Below are positions 48,532 to 59,047 of a DNA stretch of 64,000 bases, piece by piece. The DNA comes from Alphaproteobacteria bacterium (GTDB lineage Bacteria; Pseudomonadota; Alphaproteobacteria; MPNO01): contig OZ219865.1 of assembly GCA_964291675.2 (NCBI GenBank), positions 352,001 to 416,000 of the forward strand, read 5' to 3'. The notes under the pieces are model-generated. The model was not told the origin of the DNA and made no database searches. It saw only the letters and a list, made by a program, of their open reading frames with translations. Both the position numbers and the translations under genes were made by a program. The first letter of the stretch is position 1; each line of letters starts with the position of its first letter.

Positions 48532-48632
48532 TGATACTCAAGACAGTATGAAGGAAGGCCGCAGTTCTCTGCGGTTGCACCCCATTTGGTTCCCCCGGCG
48601 CGTTTTGTCAAACGCCGATTCGTCGAATCGCC

Positions 48633-50609
48633 TCAGACATCGAGCTCGCCCGCGGCATCGGCGCGGTCGCGGATGAAGGCGAGGCGGGTTTCCGGCTTGC
48701 GGCCCATGAGCTGTTCGACGAGCGCGGCGGTCGCCTCGATGCCGGCGCCGGCCTCCCCGTTGGCGATGCCGATCTGGTAGAGCACGCGCCGCGCCGGGTC
48801 CATGGTGGTCTCGCGAAGCTGTCCGGGCGGCATCTCGCCGAGCCCCTTGAAACGGCTCACCTCGATCTTGCCGCGGCCCCGGAAATGCTCGGCGATCAGC
48901 CGGTCGCGGTGGGCGTCGTCCCGGGCGTAGAGCGTCTGCCCGCCCTGGCTCACCCGGTAGAGCGGCGGAACCGCGAGATAGAGATGGTCGTTCTCGATGA
49001 GCTGGCGCATCTCGCGGAAGAAGAAGGTCATCAGCAGCGAGGCAATATGCGCCCCGTCGACATCGGCGTCGGTCATGATGATGACCCGCTGGTAGCGCAG
49101 CCTGGCGTCGTCGTAATCCGCTCCCCGGCCGCAGCCGAGCGCCTGGACGAGGTCGGCGAGATCCTGGTTCTGGCGCAGCTTCTCGGGCGATGCGCTGGCG
49201 ACGTTCAGGATCTTGCCGCGCAGGGGAAGGATCGCCTGGGTCTCCCGGTCGCGCGCCTGCTTGGCGGAGCCGCCCGCCGAATCGCCCTCTACGAGGAAGA
49301 TCTCGGTGCCGTCGGCCGAGGCGCGGCTGCAATCGGTGAGCTTGCCGGGGAGGCGTACCCGCCGCGTCGGGGTCTTGCGCGCGAATTCGCGGTCCTGCTT
49401 GCGCCGCAGCCGGTCTTCCGCGCGTTCCACCACGTGCTCCAGCAGCGCGCTGGCGCTCGCCGGATCGGCGGTCAGGAAGTGGTCGAAATGGTCCTTGACC
49501 GCGGCATCCACCTGGCGCGCGGCCGTGGCGGTCGACAGCCGGTCCTTGGTCTGGCCCTGGAAGACGGGATCGGGGATGAAGACCGAGAGCAGCCCGCAGG
49601 CGGCGCCCAGGATGTCGTCCCCGGCGATCTGCCCGGCGCGCCGGTTGCCGGTCAGCTCGCCATAGGCCTTGAGCCCGCGGACCAGCGCGGCGCGGAGCCC
49701 GTTCTCGTGGGTCCCGCCGTGCGGCGTCGGCACGGTGTTGCAGTAGGAGCGGAAGAACCGCGCCGCGTCCTCGGGCCAGGCGATCGCCCATTCGGCGCGG
49801 CCGCCGCCATTGAGCGCGGCCTCGCCCGCGAACGGGCGATTGCCGACCAGCGGCGCCCCGGCCAGCGAGTCCGCCAGGTCGTCGACGAGCCCGCCCGGAA
49901 AGCACAGCGTCTCCTCGGCCGGGATCGCGGGATGCCCGTCGCCGCGCGGCGCGGCGCAGCGCCAGCGGATCTCGACCCCTTTCGAGAGATACGCCTTCGA
50001 GCGGGCGAGCGCGTACAGCCGGTCGGCGCGGAGCGCCGCCTCCGCGCCGAAGATCTTCGGGTCGGGATGGAACCGCACCGAGGTGCCGCGACGGTTGCGG
50101 GCGCTCCCCTTGTTTTCCAGCGGACCCTTCGCCCGGCCGCGCGCGTAGCTCTGCCGCCAGAGCGACCGGTCGCGGGCGACCTCCACCGTCATCCGGTCGC
50201 TCAGCGCGTTGACCACCGAAATCCCGACGCCGTGCAGCCCGCCGGCGGTCTTGTAGGCCTCGCCGCCGAACTTGCCGCCGGCGTGAAGCGTCGTCATGAC
50301 GACTTCGAGGGCCGACTTGTCGGCGAATTTGGGATGCGGCTCGACCGGGATGCCGCGCCCGTTGTCGCGCACCACGACCGAGCCGTCGGCTTCGAGCGCG
50401 ATCTCGATCCAGCTCGCATGGCCGGCGACCACCTCGTCCATCGCATTGTCGAGCACCTCGGCCGCGAGATGGTGCAGCGCCGCCTCGTCGGTGCCGCCGA
50501 TATACATGCCGGGCCGCCGGCGCACCGGCTCCAGCCCTTCCAGGACCTCGATGTCGCGGGCCGAGTAGCGCTCGGCGCGGGGCGGCGGTTTGACGGCGGT
50601 ACGCGGCAT
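48633..50609 (-). CDS. parE: DNA topoisomerase IV subunit B
   Basis: LEGLEPVRRRPGMYIG, EVLDNAMDE, EGDSAGG, PLRGKILN, MTDADVDG; 658 aa with no GyrB insertion. Confidence 0.95.
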   Translation of the reverse strand: MPRTAVKPPPRAERYSARDIEVLEGLEPVRRRPGMYIGGTDEAALHHLAAEVLDNAMDEVVAGHASWIEIALEADGSVVVRDNGRGIPVEPHPKFADKSALEVVMTTLHAGGKFGGEAYKTAGGLHGVGISVVNALSDRMTVEVARDRSLWRQSYARGRAKGPLENKGSARNRRGTSVRFHPDPKIFGAEAALRADRLYALARSKAYLSKGVEIRWRCAAPRGDGHPAIPAEETLCFPGGLVDDLADSLAGAPLVGNRPFAGEAALNGGGRAEWAIAWPEDAARFFRSYCNTVPTPHGGTHENGLRAALVRGLKAYGELTGNRRAGQIAGDDILGAACGLLSVFIPDPVFQGQTKDRLSTATAARQVDAAVKDHFDHFLTADPASASALLEHVVERAEDRLRRKQDREFARKTPTRRVRLPGKLTDCSRASADGTEIFLVEGDSAGGSAKQARDRETQAILPLRGKILNVASASPEKLRQNQDLADLVQALGCGRGADYDDARLRYQRVIIMTDADVDGAHIASLLMTFFFREMRQLIENDHLYLAVPPLYRVSQGGQTLYARDDAHRDRLIAEHFRGRGKIEVSRFKGLGEMPPGQLRETTMDPARRVLYQIGIANGEAGAGIEATAALVEQLMGRKPETRLAFIRDRADAAGELDV

Positions 50610-50763
50610 CAGGGCACGGGCCGGGGGACCGGGAAGTCGGGTTCGGAAACGCTGGATATGGTATTCAGGTGCGCAAGAATAACAAGACCCTGTGTTGGCG
50701 GGCGCGGATACGCAAGAAACGGGCCGTTCCGCTGACCGGCGCCGTCTGCCGCCGCCTCGATCC

Positions 50764-52173
50764 TCAGACGCTGTAATAGAGCGCGAACTCGATCGGGTGC
50801 GGCGTGTACTCGAAGGCCTGGATCTCCTCCCTTCTCAGGTCGAGATAGCCGTCGATCAGGTCGTCGGTGAACACGTCGCCCTTCTTGAGGAAGGCCCGGT
50901 CGGCGTCCAGCGCGTCGACCGCCTCGCGCAGCGAGTGGCAGACCGTCGGAATGCCCTCGAGCTCCTCGGCCGGCAGGTCGTAGAGGTTCTTGTCCATCGG
51001 GTCGCCCGGATGGATCTTGTTCTCGATGCCGTCGATTCCGGCCATCAGCATCGCCGCGAAGGCGAGATAGGGGTTGGCCGAGGGGTCCGGGAAGCGGACC
51101 TCGACGCGCTTGCCCTTCGGGCTGGAGGAGAACGGGATGCGGCAGGCGGCCGAGCGGTTGCGCGCCGAGTAGGCGAGCAGGACCGGCGCCTCGAAACCCG
51201 GCACCAGGCGCTTGTAGCTGTTGGTAGTGGGGTTGGAGAAGGCGTTGATCGCCTTGGCGTGCTGGATGATGCCGCCGATATAGTAGAGCGCGTTCTCCGA
51301 CAGGTCGGCATAGCTGGAGCCGGCGAAGACCGGCCGGTCGTCCTTCCAGATCGACTGGTGGACATGCATGCCGGACCCGTTGTCGTCGACGATGGGCTTG
51401 GGCATGAAGGTCGCCGTCTTGCCATAGGAGTGGGCGACGCTCTGGACGACGTATTTGTAGATCTGCACCTGGTCGGCGATGGACAGCAGATCGGCGCCGG
51501 CGATGCCGAGCTCGTTCTGGCTCGGCGCCACCTCGTGGTGGTGCTTCTCGATGTCGACGCCCATCTCGCCCATCACGCTGAGCATCTCGGCGCGCAAATC
51601 GCTCAGCGAATCGACCGGCGGGACCGGGAAATAGCCGCCCTTGATTGCCGGCCGGTGCCCGATATTGCCGCCCTCGAAGCTGCGCGCGGTGTTGTAGGGG
51701 CCCTCCTCTTCGTCGATCGCATAGAAGGTGCTGTTCATCGACACCTCGAAGCGCACGTCGTCGAACACGAAAAACTCGAGCTCGGGCCCGAACATCGCCC
51801 GGTCGCCGATCCCGGACTGCCGGAGATAGGCCTCGGCGCGCTTGGCGGTCGAGCGCGGGTCGCGGGTATAGGGCTGGCCGGTGGTGGGCTCGAGCACGTC
51901 GCAGAACACGATCAGCGAGGTCTGCGCCGAGAACGGGTCGAGCACGGCGCTGTCCGGGTCCGGCATGAGGCACATGTCGGACTCGGAGATGTCCTTCCAG
52001 CCGGCGATGGACGAGCCGTCGAACATGATGCCCGACGCCAGCATGTCCTCGTCGAAGGTCTTCACCGCCTGCGCGGTGTGCTGCCACTTGCCGCGCGGGT
52101 CGGTGAAGCGGAAGTCGACGTATTTGACGTCATGCTCCCCGATGAGGTCGAGGATATTGGGGGCGTCTGACAT
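50764..52173 (-). CDS. glnA: Glutamine synthetase type I
   Basis: [26 protein letters not shown], adenylylation site NLYDLP. Confidence 0.99.
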   Translation of the reverse strand: MSDAPNILDLIGEHDVKYVDFRFTDPRGKWQHTAQAVKTFDEDMLASGIMFDGSSIAGWKDISESDMCLMPDPDSAVLDPFSAQTSLIVFCDVLEPTTGQPYTRDPRSTAKRAEAYLRQSGIGDRAMFGPELEFFVFDDVRFEVSMNSTFYAIDEEEGPYNTARSFEGGNIGHRPAIKGGYFPVPPVDSLSDLRAEMLSVMGEMGVDIEKHHHEVAPSQNELGIAGADLLSIADQVQIYKYVVQSVAHSYGKTATFMPKPIVDDNGSGMHVHQSIWKDDRPVFAGSSYADLSENALYYIGGIIQHAKAINAFSNPTTNSYKRLVPGFEAPVLLAYSARNRSAACRIPFSSSPKGKRVEVRFPDPSANPYLAFAAMLMAGIDGIENKIHPGDPMDKNLYDLPAEELEGIPTVCHSLREAVDALDADRAFLKKGDVFTDDLIDGYLDLRREEIQAFEYTPHPIEFALYYSV

Positions 52174-52223
52174 GGTTCGGTTCCTTCGGAGGATTGCGGT
52201 CTTTGGGACGGCGTCCGTCGCGG

Positions 52224-52658
<435 letters not shown>

Positions 52659-52750
52659 TCAGCGTATAGTGCTCGAATAGTGGTGAAACAAGTTCGTAAT
52701 TTAGCGCACTGCGCTGCGTTTTTCTCAGCGCTTCAGGAGACCGGCGCGCC

Positions 52751-53248
52751 TTACAGCAGCGGCACCTCGTAGAGCAGCGCCTCGCCGTTTTGCGTGTCGC
52801 GCACGGTCGCGAACATGCTGCGGGCGAGCCGCGCCCGGTCGGCCGGGTCCAGCCGGTCGGTCACCTCGCCGACGATCGCGTGCATCGCGGCCTGGACGTC
52901 GCGCGTGGTCTCGCGCAGCCCCGCCAACGCGCGCCGCAGCCGGTCGGGATCGTGCGGCTCCGCGCCCAGCGCGGTGACGACCCCGGCGCGGGCGCGGGCC
53001 AGCGCCTCCACCCTGCGCGAGACGTCGTCGCGGCGCGCATCCAGCGCGGTTGCGATGCCGAGGCGGGTTTCTCCGGGCAGGTCGCGGACGAACTCGGCAA
53101 AGCTGTACTCGGCCTCCTGGGCCGGCCGCGCAGCCCCGTCGGCGCCGAGCCAGAGCCCGGCGATCGCGCCGGCGAGGAACAGGTTGAACGCGATCGAGAG
53201 CGCCAGCGCATGCCGGCGCGAGGGGAGGATGGATCGCAGGTCGGTCAT
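52751..53248 (-). CDS. Periplasmic heavy-metal-sensor-like helical protein
   Basis: TM segment ALSIAFNLFLAG followed by a helical hairpin domain. Confidence 0.75.
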   Translation of the reverse strand: MTDLRSILPSRRHALALSIAFNLFLAGAIAGLWLGADGAARPAQEAEYSFAEFVRDLPGETRLGIATALDARRDDVSRRVEALARARAGVVTALGAEPHDPDRLRRALAGLRETTRDVQAAMHAIVGEVTDRLDPADRARLARSMFATVRDTQNGEALLYEVPLL

Positions 53249-53249
53249 G

Positions 53250-53732
53250 TCATTCGAGCTCCAGCAGGTCGACCACCGCGATCGACGGCGCCTCGCCGGC
53301 GATCAGCGACGCCTCGACCAGACCCAGGCCGGAATCGCCGGTCCCGGACGGCGCGAGCGACAGCCCGAGCCAAAGCCCCGCGGCGGCGGCCATGGCGAAG
53401 ACCGCCCCGCGGCCGAGCGCCGCCGCGAGCGCGGCGAAGAAGGGCGCGGCGGGCGCATCGTCCGCCCGGAGCGCCGCGATCCGTGCGGCGAGCGCCGCCG
53501 GAGGGGGGGGAGGGGGGTCGAGCCGGGCCAGCGCCGCGTCCAGCTCATGCGCGTCGGCGAGCAGGGCGCGGGCGTCGGCCGAACGGCCGGCCAGCGCCAG
53601 CGCGGCGAAGCGCTCGGCATCGGGCCAGCGGTCGAGATCCGCGCCATAGGCGGCGGCGAGCTCGGCGAACCGGGCCAACGCCATGCCAGCCCCCGTTCCC
53701 GGGCGGTCGGAATTCCCGTTTTCCGTTGTCAT
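53250..53732 (-). CDS. Putative anti-sigma factor
   Basis: RFAELAAAYGADLDRWP motif and TM segment, coupled to the ECF sigma gene. Confidence 0.75.
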   Translation of the reverse strand: MTTENGNSDRPGTGAGMALARFAELAAAYGADLDRWPDAERFAALALAGRSADARALLADAHELDAALARLDPPPPPPAALAARIAALRADDAPAAPFFAALAAALGRGAVFAMAAAAGLWLGLSLAPSGTGDSGLGLVEASLIAGEAPSIAVVDLLELE

Positions 53733-54316
53733 AAAACAGGTTCCAGAAGGTTTTTAACATCGGGCGCAAGTATTTTTCGGAGCCGTCTCCGGGCCCGCGC
53801 CAGCAACGATTCGAGCGCTTCTTCGCTGGCGCCGAGAGCTTCGGCCGCCTCGCGGCCGCTCAGCCCGTGGAAGTGGACCAGCACCAGGGCGACGCGCTGG
53901 CGCTCGGGCAGGTCGCGCAGCGCGCGGTGCACCGCGCGCCGGATCGCCAGGTCGTCGTCGACGCCGGCGCAATCGGGGGAAGCGAGATCTTCGGCCTCGT
54001 CCGGCATCGGGACGAGCCGCGCGCGTGCCCGGCGGCGGTCGATGCAGAGGTTGGTGGCGACCCGCAGCAGCCAGGACCGCAGCGCCGCTCCGTCGGGCTG
54101 CCAGGCGGGCGCCTTGCGGAGCAATCTGACGAAGGTCTCCTGGGCGACGTCCTCCGCGTCGGCGCGATCGCCGAGGATGCGCCAGGCGCAGGCGAAGACC
54201 GATGCCAGATGGCGCTCCGACAGCGCACGCATCGCATCGCCGCTGCCGCCCGCGAGCCGAAGGACGAGGGCGTCGTCCGTTTCGGCCGCTTGCGGCTGCC
54301 GGGGCGCGGGCGGCAT
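53729..54316 (-). CDS. ECF RNA polymerase sigma factor
   Basis: DAEDVAQETF, WLLRVATNLCIDRRR, LPERQR, ESLLARARRRL. Confidence 0.93.
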   Translation of the reverse strand: MPPAPRQPQAAETDDALVLRLAGGSGDAMRALSERHLASVFACAWRILGDRADAEDVAQETFVRLLRKAPAWQPDGAALRSWLLRVATNLCIDRRRARARLVPMPDEAEDLASPDCAGVDDDLAIRRAVHRALRDLPERQRVALVLVHFHGLSGREAAEALGASEEALESLLARARRRLRKILAPDVKNLLEPVL

Positions 54317-54325
54317 GCGGCGGCG

Positions 54326-54832
54326 CTATTTCCGCTTCGCGCCGTGCCGCCAGCCGCGATGCCAGCGCCGCTGGGGCAATTCCCCGGCGGCGATCGCGCC
54401 GTCTCCATCGGCGTCGTAGCGCTTGAACCAGCGCGCCGAAGGCGCGGCGATCTCGGCCGCGGTGACCTTCCGGTCGCCGTCGCTGTCCAGCATGTCGAAC
54501 AGGCTGGTGGCGCCGACGCTGCGTATCAGCCGGCCGCGGCGGCGGAACTCGTCGACCGACAGCGTGCCGTCGCCGTCGAGATCGGCTGCGGCGACCAGGC
54601 GCTGCTGCTCGGCGCCGATCTCGGCGAGCGACACGGTGCCGCTGCCGTCGGTATCGAAGATGCGGAGGAACCGGGTCGCGCGGCGGTTCGCCGTCGGTTT
54701 CTCCTGCGCGCCGGCGCGGCTCGCCTCCTGTCCGGCATCGCCGCCGGACGATTGCGCCAGCGCGCCATTCGCGCCGAGGGCGAGCAGGGCGGCCAGTGCG
54801 GCTGCGCCCAGGGTCTTTGTCGGATCGGTCAT
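54326..54832 (-). CDS. Exported EF-hand protein
   Basis: Signal peptide and four DxDGxG loops. Confidence 0.88.
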   Translation of the reverse strand: MTDPTKTLGAAALAALLALGANGALAQSSGGDAGQEASRAGAQEKPTANRRATRFLRIFDTDGSGTVSLAEIGAEQQRLVAAADLDGDGTLSVDEFRRRGRLIRSVGATSLFDMLDSDGDRKVTAAEIAAPSARWFKRYDADGDGAIAAGELPQRRWHRGWRHGAKRK

Positions 54833-54959
54833 TTCAGGTCTCTCCAAAGGGTCGGATACCCGTAGTCACGGCGCAGGCGGCGAAAACCCGTTGCGGCGAT
54901 TTTGCCCATCGACCGCGTTCATGCTAGACGACGCGCGCGCCGCAAGCGGGAGGGTTTCG

Positions 54960-56126
54960 GTGAAGCCGGCCAACAGCGTCCTCTCGGGTTACGGGACGAC
55001 GATCTTCGAGGTCATGTCGCGCCTCGCCCAGGAACACGATTCGGTCAATCTGGGCCAGGGCTTCCCGGACGGCAACGGACCGGCGGACGTGGTCGCCGCG
55101 GCGACCGACTATCTGGAGAACGGCGTCAACCAGTACCCGTCGATGATGGGCATCCCGCCGCTGCGCGAGGCGGTCGCGGCGCACGCGAAGCGGTTCTACG
55201 GCCTCGACGTGGACTGGCCGCGCGAGGTGCTGATCACATCGGGCGGGACCGAGGCGCTGGGCGCGGCGCTGTTCGGGCTGATCGAGCCGGGCGACGAGGC
55301 GGTGCTGATCGAGCCGCTCTACGATTCCTACCTGCCGATCGTGCGGCGCGCCGGCGCGATTCCGCGAACGGTGCGGCTGGAGCCGCCCGGCTGGACCCTG
55401 CCGGTCGACGAGCTGCGCGCCGCGTTCTCGGACAAGACCAAGCTGATCCTGTTCAACACGCCGATGAACCCATGCGCCAAGGTGTTCGACCGCGACGAGC
55501 TCGAGCTGATCGCCGGGCTCTGCATCCGGCACGACGCCTATGCCGTCTGCGACGAGGTCTACGAGCACCTCGCCTTCGACGGCCGGCCGCATATCCCGAT
55601 GATCGCGCTGCCCGGCATGCGGGAACGGGCGGTGCGGATCGCCTCGGCGGGCAAGATATTCTCGCTCACCGGCTGGAAGGTCGGCATGGTCACCGCGGCG
55701 CCCGATTTGCTGACCCCGATCGCCAAGGCGCATCAGTTCCTCACCTTCACCACCCCGCCCAACTTGCAGAGCGCGGTCGCCTACGGGCTCAACAAGGACG
55801 ATTCCTATTTTGCCGGGCTCAACGCCGACATGCAGGCCAGGCGGGATTTGCTGGCCGCCGGGCTCGCCGATATCGGCTTCGGCATCGTGCCCTGCGCGGG
55901 GACCTATTTCCTGACCACCGATTTCCGCCCGCTCGGCTTCAATGGCGACGATGTCGATTTCTGCCGCCACATCACCGTCGAGGCGGGAGTCACGGCGGTG
56001 CCGGTCAGCGCGTTCTACGAGAGCGGCCAGGTGCGGCATTTCGCCCGCTTCGCCTTCTGCAAGGAGGCGGCCGCTCTGGATGAGGCGATCGCGCGGCTCG
56101 GCCGCCATTTCGCCGCCGGGGCTTGA
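54960..56126 (+). CDS. Class I/II PLP aminotransferase (YbdL-like)
   Basis: NLGQGFPD, NTPMNP, DEVYEH, SAGKIFSLTGWKVG. Confidence 0.94.
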   Translation: MKPANSVLSGYGTTIFEVMSRLAQEHDSVNLGQGFPDGNGPADVVAAATDYLENGVNQYPSMMGIPPLREAVAAHAKRFYGLDVDWPREVLITSGGTEALGAALFGLIEPGDEAVLIEPLYDSYLPIVRRAGAIPRTVRLEPPGWTLPVDELRAAFSDKTKLILFNTPMNPCAKVFDRDELELIAGLCIRHDAYAVCDEVYEHLAFDGRPHIPMIALPGMRERAVRIASAGKIFSLTGWKVGMVTAAPDLLTPIAKAHQFLTFTTPPNLQSAVAYGLNKDDSYFAGLNADMQARRDLLAAGLADIGFGIVPCAGTYFLTTDFRPLGFNGDDVDFCRHITVEAGVTAVPVSAFYESGQVRHFARFAFCKEAAALDEAIARLGRHFAAGA

Positions 56127-56161
56127 CGGGCGCGCGAATCGGGGGCTAGAGACCCCCCGGC

Positions 56162-56239
56162 GGTGGCTGTAGCTCAGCCGGTTAGAGCGCCTGGTTGTGG
56201 TCCAGGAGGTCGGGGGTTCGAATCCCCTCAGCCACCCCA
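56162..56239 (+). tRNA. tRNA-His(GTG)
   Basis: G-1, GTGGCTG acceptor, TTGTGGT anticodon loop, TTCGAAT T-loop, C73, CCA. Confidence 0.97.
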
Positions 56240-56309
56240 GCGCCGCCCGGTCTCGACACGGTTCCGGGAACGCGCGACAATCCGCCCGCTCAGCGCAGCC
56301 GAGGCGCCG

Positions 56310-56474
56310 ATGGGGAGTGAGAACGACAACGGGCGTAAGGGCAACGGGCGCGACCCCGACGACGAAGAACGCAAGGAACAGCCCTGGCCCGACGACAGCG
56401 TGCCGCGGCCGCCGGGTCAGCCGCCGATCGACGAGCCCCCGGCGGACCGGCCCGACCCCGGCGCGCCGGCCTGA
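56310..56474 (+). CDS. Possible small Pro/Asp-rich protein
   Basis: 54 aa low-complexity ORF after GAGG. Confidence 0.35.
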   Translation: MGSENDNGRKGNGRDPDDEERKEQPWPDDSVPRPPGQPPIDEPPADRPDPGAPA

Positions 56475-56539
56475 CCGGCCGGTCCGGGGCGCCGGGATCG
56501 GGACGCGCCGGGCGATTGGGGAGGCGGGGCGGAGGCGAG

Positions 56540-56836
56540 GTGCGCGGCTGTCACGACATAGGCGGCATGATCGCCGGTCCGCTCGACCGGCGCGAGACGG
56601 AGACGCCGGGCTGGGCGCGGCTCGCCGAGGCGCTGCGCGCGCTGGTCGATTCGCGCTACTGCCTGCACGAGCAGCGGCGCCGCATCGAGGCGTTGGGCCC
56701 GGAGACCTACGCGAAACTCGGCTACCACGAGCTCCGCATCGTCGCCCTGGCGGAGGCGCTCGCGGAGAAGGACATCGTCGGCGCGGACGAGCTCGCCCGG
56801 CGCATGGCGGCGCTCGGGCGCCGCGCCACGGAATAG
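56540..56836 (+). CDS. Nitrile hydratase beta N-terminal-like / thiocyanate hydrolase beta-like protein
   Basis: HDIGG, W, EQRRRIEALG..Y..LGYHE, LAEKDIV..DEL. Confidence 0.78.
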   Translation: MRGCHDIGGMIAGPLDRRETETPGWARLAEALRALVDSRYCLHEQRRRIEALGPETYAKLGYHELRIVALAEALAEKDIVGADELARRMAALGRRATE

Positions 56837-56846
56837 GAGGCGCCCC

Positions 56847-57542
56847 ATGGCCCGCGATTTCGAAGACCATTGCTGGAAGGACGTGATCCCGCCGGACGTG
56901 CTGGAGATCTACGCCGCCTACCGGCGCGAGGTCTATGTCGGGCGGAGACCGGCGCTGCTCGCGGTCGACCTCTACAACCTGGTCTATCGCGGCGGGGCGC
57001 GGCCGGTCGGCGAGCTGATCGACCGCTACCCGAGCGCCTGCGGCGTCTTCGCCCACGACGCCATCGAGCCCACGAGAAAGCTGTTCGCCGCCGCCCGCTC
57101 GCTCGGCCTGCCGGCGATCTACACCACCGCCGCCAGCAAGCGCGGCAGCGTCACCGCCACCAACCGGCAGGTCGGCACCGGATCGGGCGACGATTACGAG
57201 ATCTACGAGGCGTTCGCGCCGCGTCCCGGCGATCTGCTGATCGAGAAGGAGCGCGCCAGCGCCTTCTACGGCACGCCGCTGGTCGCCCACCTCACCCGGC
57301 TCGGGGTCGACAGCCTGCTGATCTGCGGCGATTCGACCTCGGGATGCGTGCGGGCGTCCACGGTCGACGCCTATTCGAACGGGTACCACGCGACCGTGGT
57401 CGAGGAGTGCGTGTTCGACCGTGCCGAGCTGATCCACAAGATCGCCCTGTTCGACCTGCACCACAAATACGCCGACGTGATGACCCTCGACGAGGTGCTG
57501 GAGGCGCTCGCCGGGCGCGAGCGGGATGAGGCGGCGGCCTGA
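56847..57542 (+). CDS. Isochorismatase-family cysteine hydrolase (maleamate amidohydrolase-like)
   Basis: ALLAVD, KERASAFYGT, GDSTSGCVRASTVDA (D-K-C triad). Confidence 0.92.
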   Translation: MARDFEDHCWKDVIPPDVLEIYAAYRREVYVGRRPALLAVDLYNLVYRGGARPVGELIDRYPSACGVFAHDAIEPTRKLFAAARSLGLPAIYTTAASKRGSVTATNRQVGTGSGDDYEIYEAFAPRPGDLLIEKERASAFYGTPLVAHLTRLGVDSLLICGDSTSGCVRASTVDAYSNGYHATVVEECVFDRAELIHKIALFDLHHKYADVMTLDEVLEALAGRERDEAAA

Positions 57543-57585
57543 ACGCCGCCCGCGAAGCCGCCGCGAGCCACACCCGGTCGGGTCG

Positions 57586-59034
57586 ATGTCGGCCGAGCTG
57601 CTGACCGTCGAGGAGATGTCGCGCGCCGATGCGCTGGCGATCGCCGGCGGCACGCCGGGGGTCGAGCTGATGGAGGCGGCGGGCCGGGCGGTGGCCGACC
57701 GGATCTGCCTGCGCTGGGCGAGCCGGCCGACCGCGGTGCTCTGCGGCCCCGGCAACAACGGCGGCGACGGGTTCGTGATCGCGCGCCTGCTCGCCGGACG
57801 CGGCTGGCCGGTGCGGGTTGCGCTCTATGGCGACCGGGACCGGCTGAAGGGCGATGCGGCCGCCAATGCGGCGCGCTGGGACGGCGATGTCGAGGCGATG
57901 TCGGCGGACGCGGTGGACGGCGCCGAGCTCGTGGTCGATGCCATCTTCGGGGCCGGGCTCGCGCGCGAAGTCGACGGCGCGGCGCGCGCCGCGATCGCGG
58001 CCGTCGGCGATCGCCCGTGCGTCGCGGTCGACGTGCCGAGCGGTGTCGACGGCAACAGCGGCGCCATCCTGGGCGCGGCGCCCAAAGCCGCGATGACGGT
58101 TACCTTTTTTCGCAGGAAACCCGGTCATCTGCTTGTTCCAGCACGGTTTGTTATGGGCGAAGTCCATGTCGCCGATATCGGTATCCCGGACGCCGTGCTG
58201 GAAGAAATCCGTCCCGCCGCCTTCGCCAACGAGCCCGATCTGTGGTCGGGAGCGCTGCGCTGGCCGCGGCCGGACGACCACAAGTACAGCCGCGGCCACG
58301 CGGTGATTTCCGGCGGCAGCGAGATGACCGGCGCGGCCCGGCTCGCCGCTCGCGCGGCGATGCGGATCGGCGCGGGCATGGTGAGCGTGCTGTGCCGTCC
58401 GGAGGCGCGCATGATCTACGCCGCGGACCTGGTCGGGCCGCTGGTCGTGTCGTCGGACGATCCGCAGGCCTTCGCCGACTATCTCGCCGATCCGCGGCGC
58501 AGCGCCGTGCTGGTCGGGCCGGGGGCGGGCGTGTCGGAGGAGACGCGGGATCTCTCGATCCGCGCGCTCGCCACCGGCAAGCCGGCGGTGCTCGACGCGG
58601 ATGCGCTGACCGCGTTCGCCGAATCGCCTCAAACCCTGTTCCGGGCGATCGGCGGGACGCAGGCCGTGCTCACCCCGCATGAGGGCGAATTCGCCCGCCT
58701 CTTCGCTCTCGACGGCGACAAGCCGTCGCGGGCGCGCGCGGCGGCGGCGCGGAGCGGAGCCGTGGTGCTGCTGAAGGGCACCGACACGACGATCGCCGAT
58801 CCCGGCGGCCGCGTCGCGATTAACGCGAACGCGCCGCCCGAGCTCGCGACCGCGGGTGCGGGAGACGTGCTGGCCGGACTCGTCCTCGGGTTGCTCGCCC
58901 AGGGGCTGCCGCCCTTCGAGGCCGCCTGCGCGGCGGCCTGGATTCACGGCGAAGCGGCGTCGGCGTTCGGTCCCGGGCTGATCGCGGACGATCTGCCCGA
59001 CCTGGTTCCGCCGGTGCTGCGCCGCCTGCGATAG
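57586..59034 (+). CDS. nnr: Bifunctional NAD(P)HX epimerase/dehydratase
   Basis: GPGNNGGDG, DAIFGAG, HKYSRG, LTPHEGEF, LATAGAGDVLAG. Confidence 0.95.
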   Translation: MSAELLTVEEMSRADALAIAGGTPGVELMEAAGRAVADRICLRWASRPTAVLCGPGNNGGDGFVIARLLAGRGWPVRVALYGDRDRLKGDAAANAARWDGDVEAMSADAVDGAELVVDAIFGAGLAREVDGAARAAIAAVGDRPCVAVDVPSGVDGNSGAILGAAPKAAMTVTFFRRKPGHLLVPARFVMGEVHVADIGIPDAVLEEIRPAAFANEPDLWSGALRWPRPDDHKYSRGHAVISGGSEMTGAARLAARAAMRIGAGMVSVLCRPEARMIYAADLVGPLVVSSDDPQAFADYLADPRRSAVLVGPGAGVSEETRDLSIRALATGKPAVLDADALTAFAESPQTLFRAIGGTQAVLTPHEGEFARLFALDGDKPSRARAAAARSGAVVLLKGTDTTIADPGGRVAINANAPPELATAGAGDVLAGLVLGLLAQGLPPFEAACAAAWIHGEAASAFGPGLIADDLPDLVPPVLRRLR

Positions 59035-59047
59035 CGGCGGGGACGCG

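Noticed and set aside
53503-53517. Poly-G tract (also T8 at 29833-29840) as a phase-variation site
   Set aside because: Both tracts are short and in frame, and the G tract encodes a poly-Pro linker. There is no evidence of slippage.
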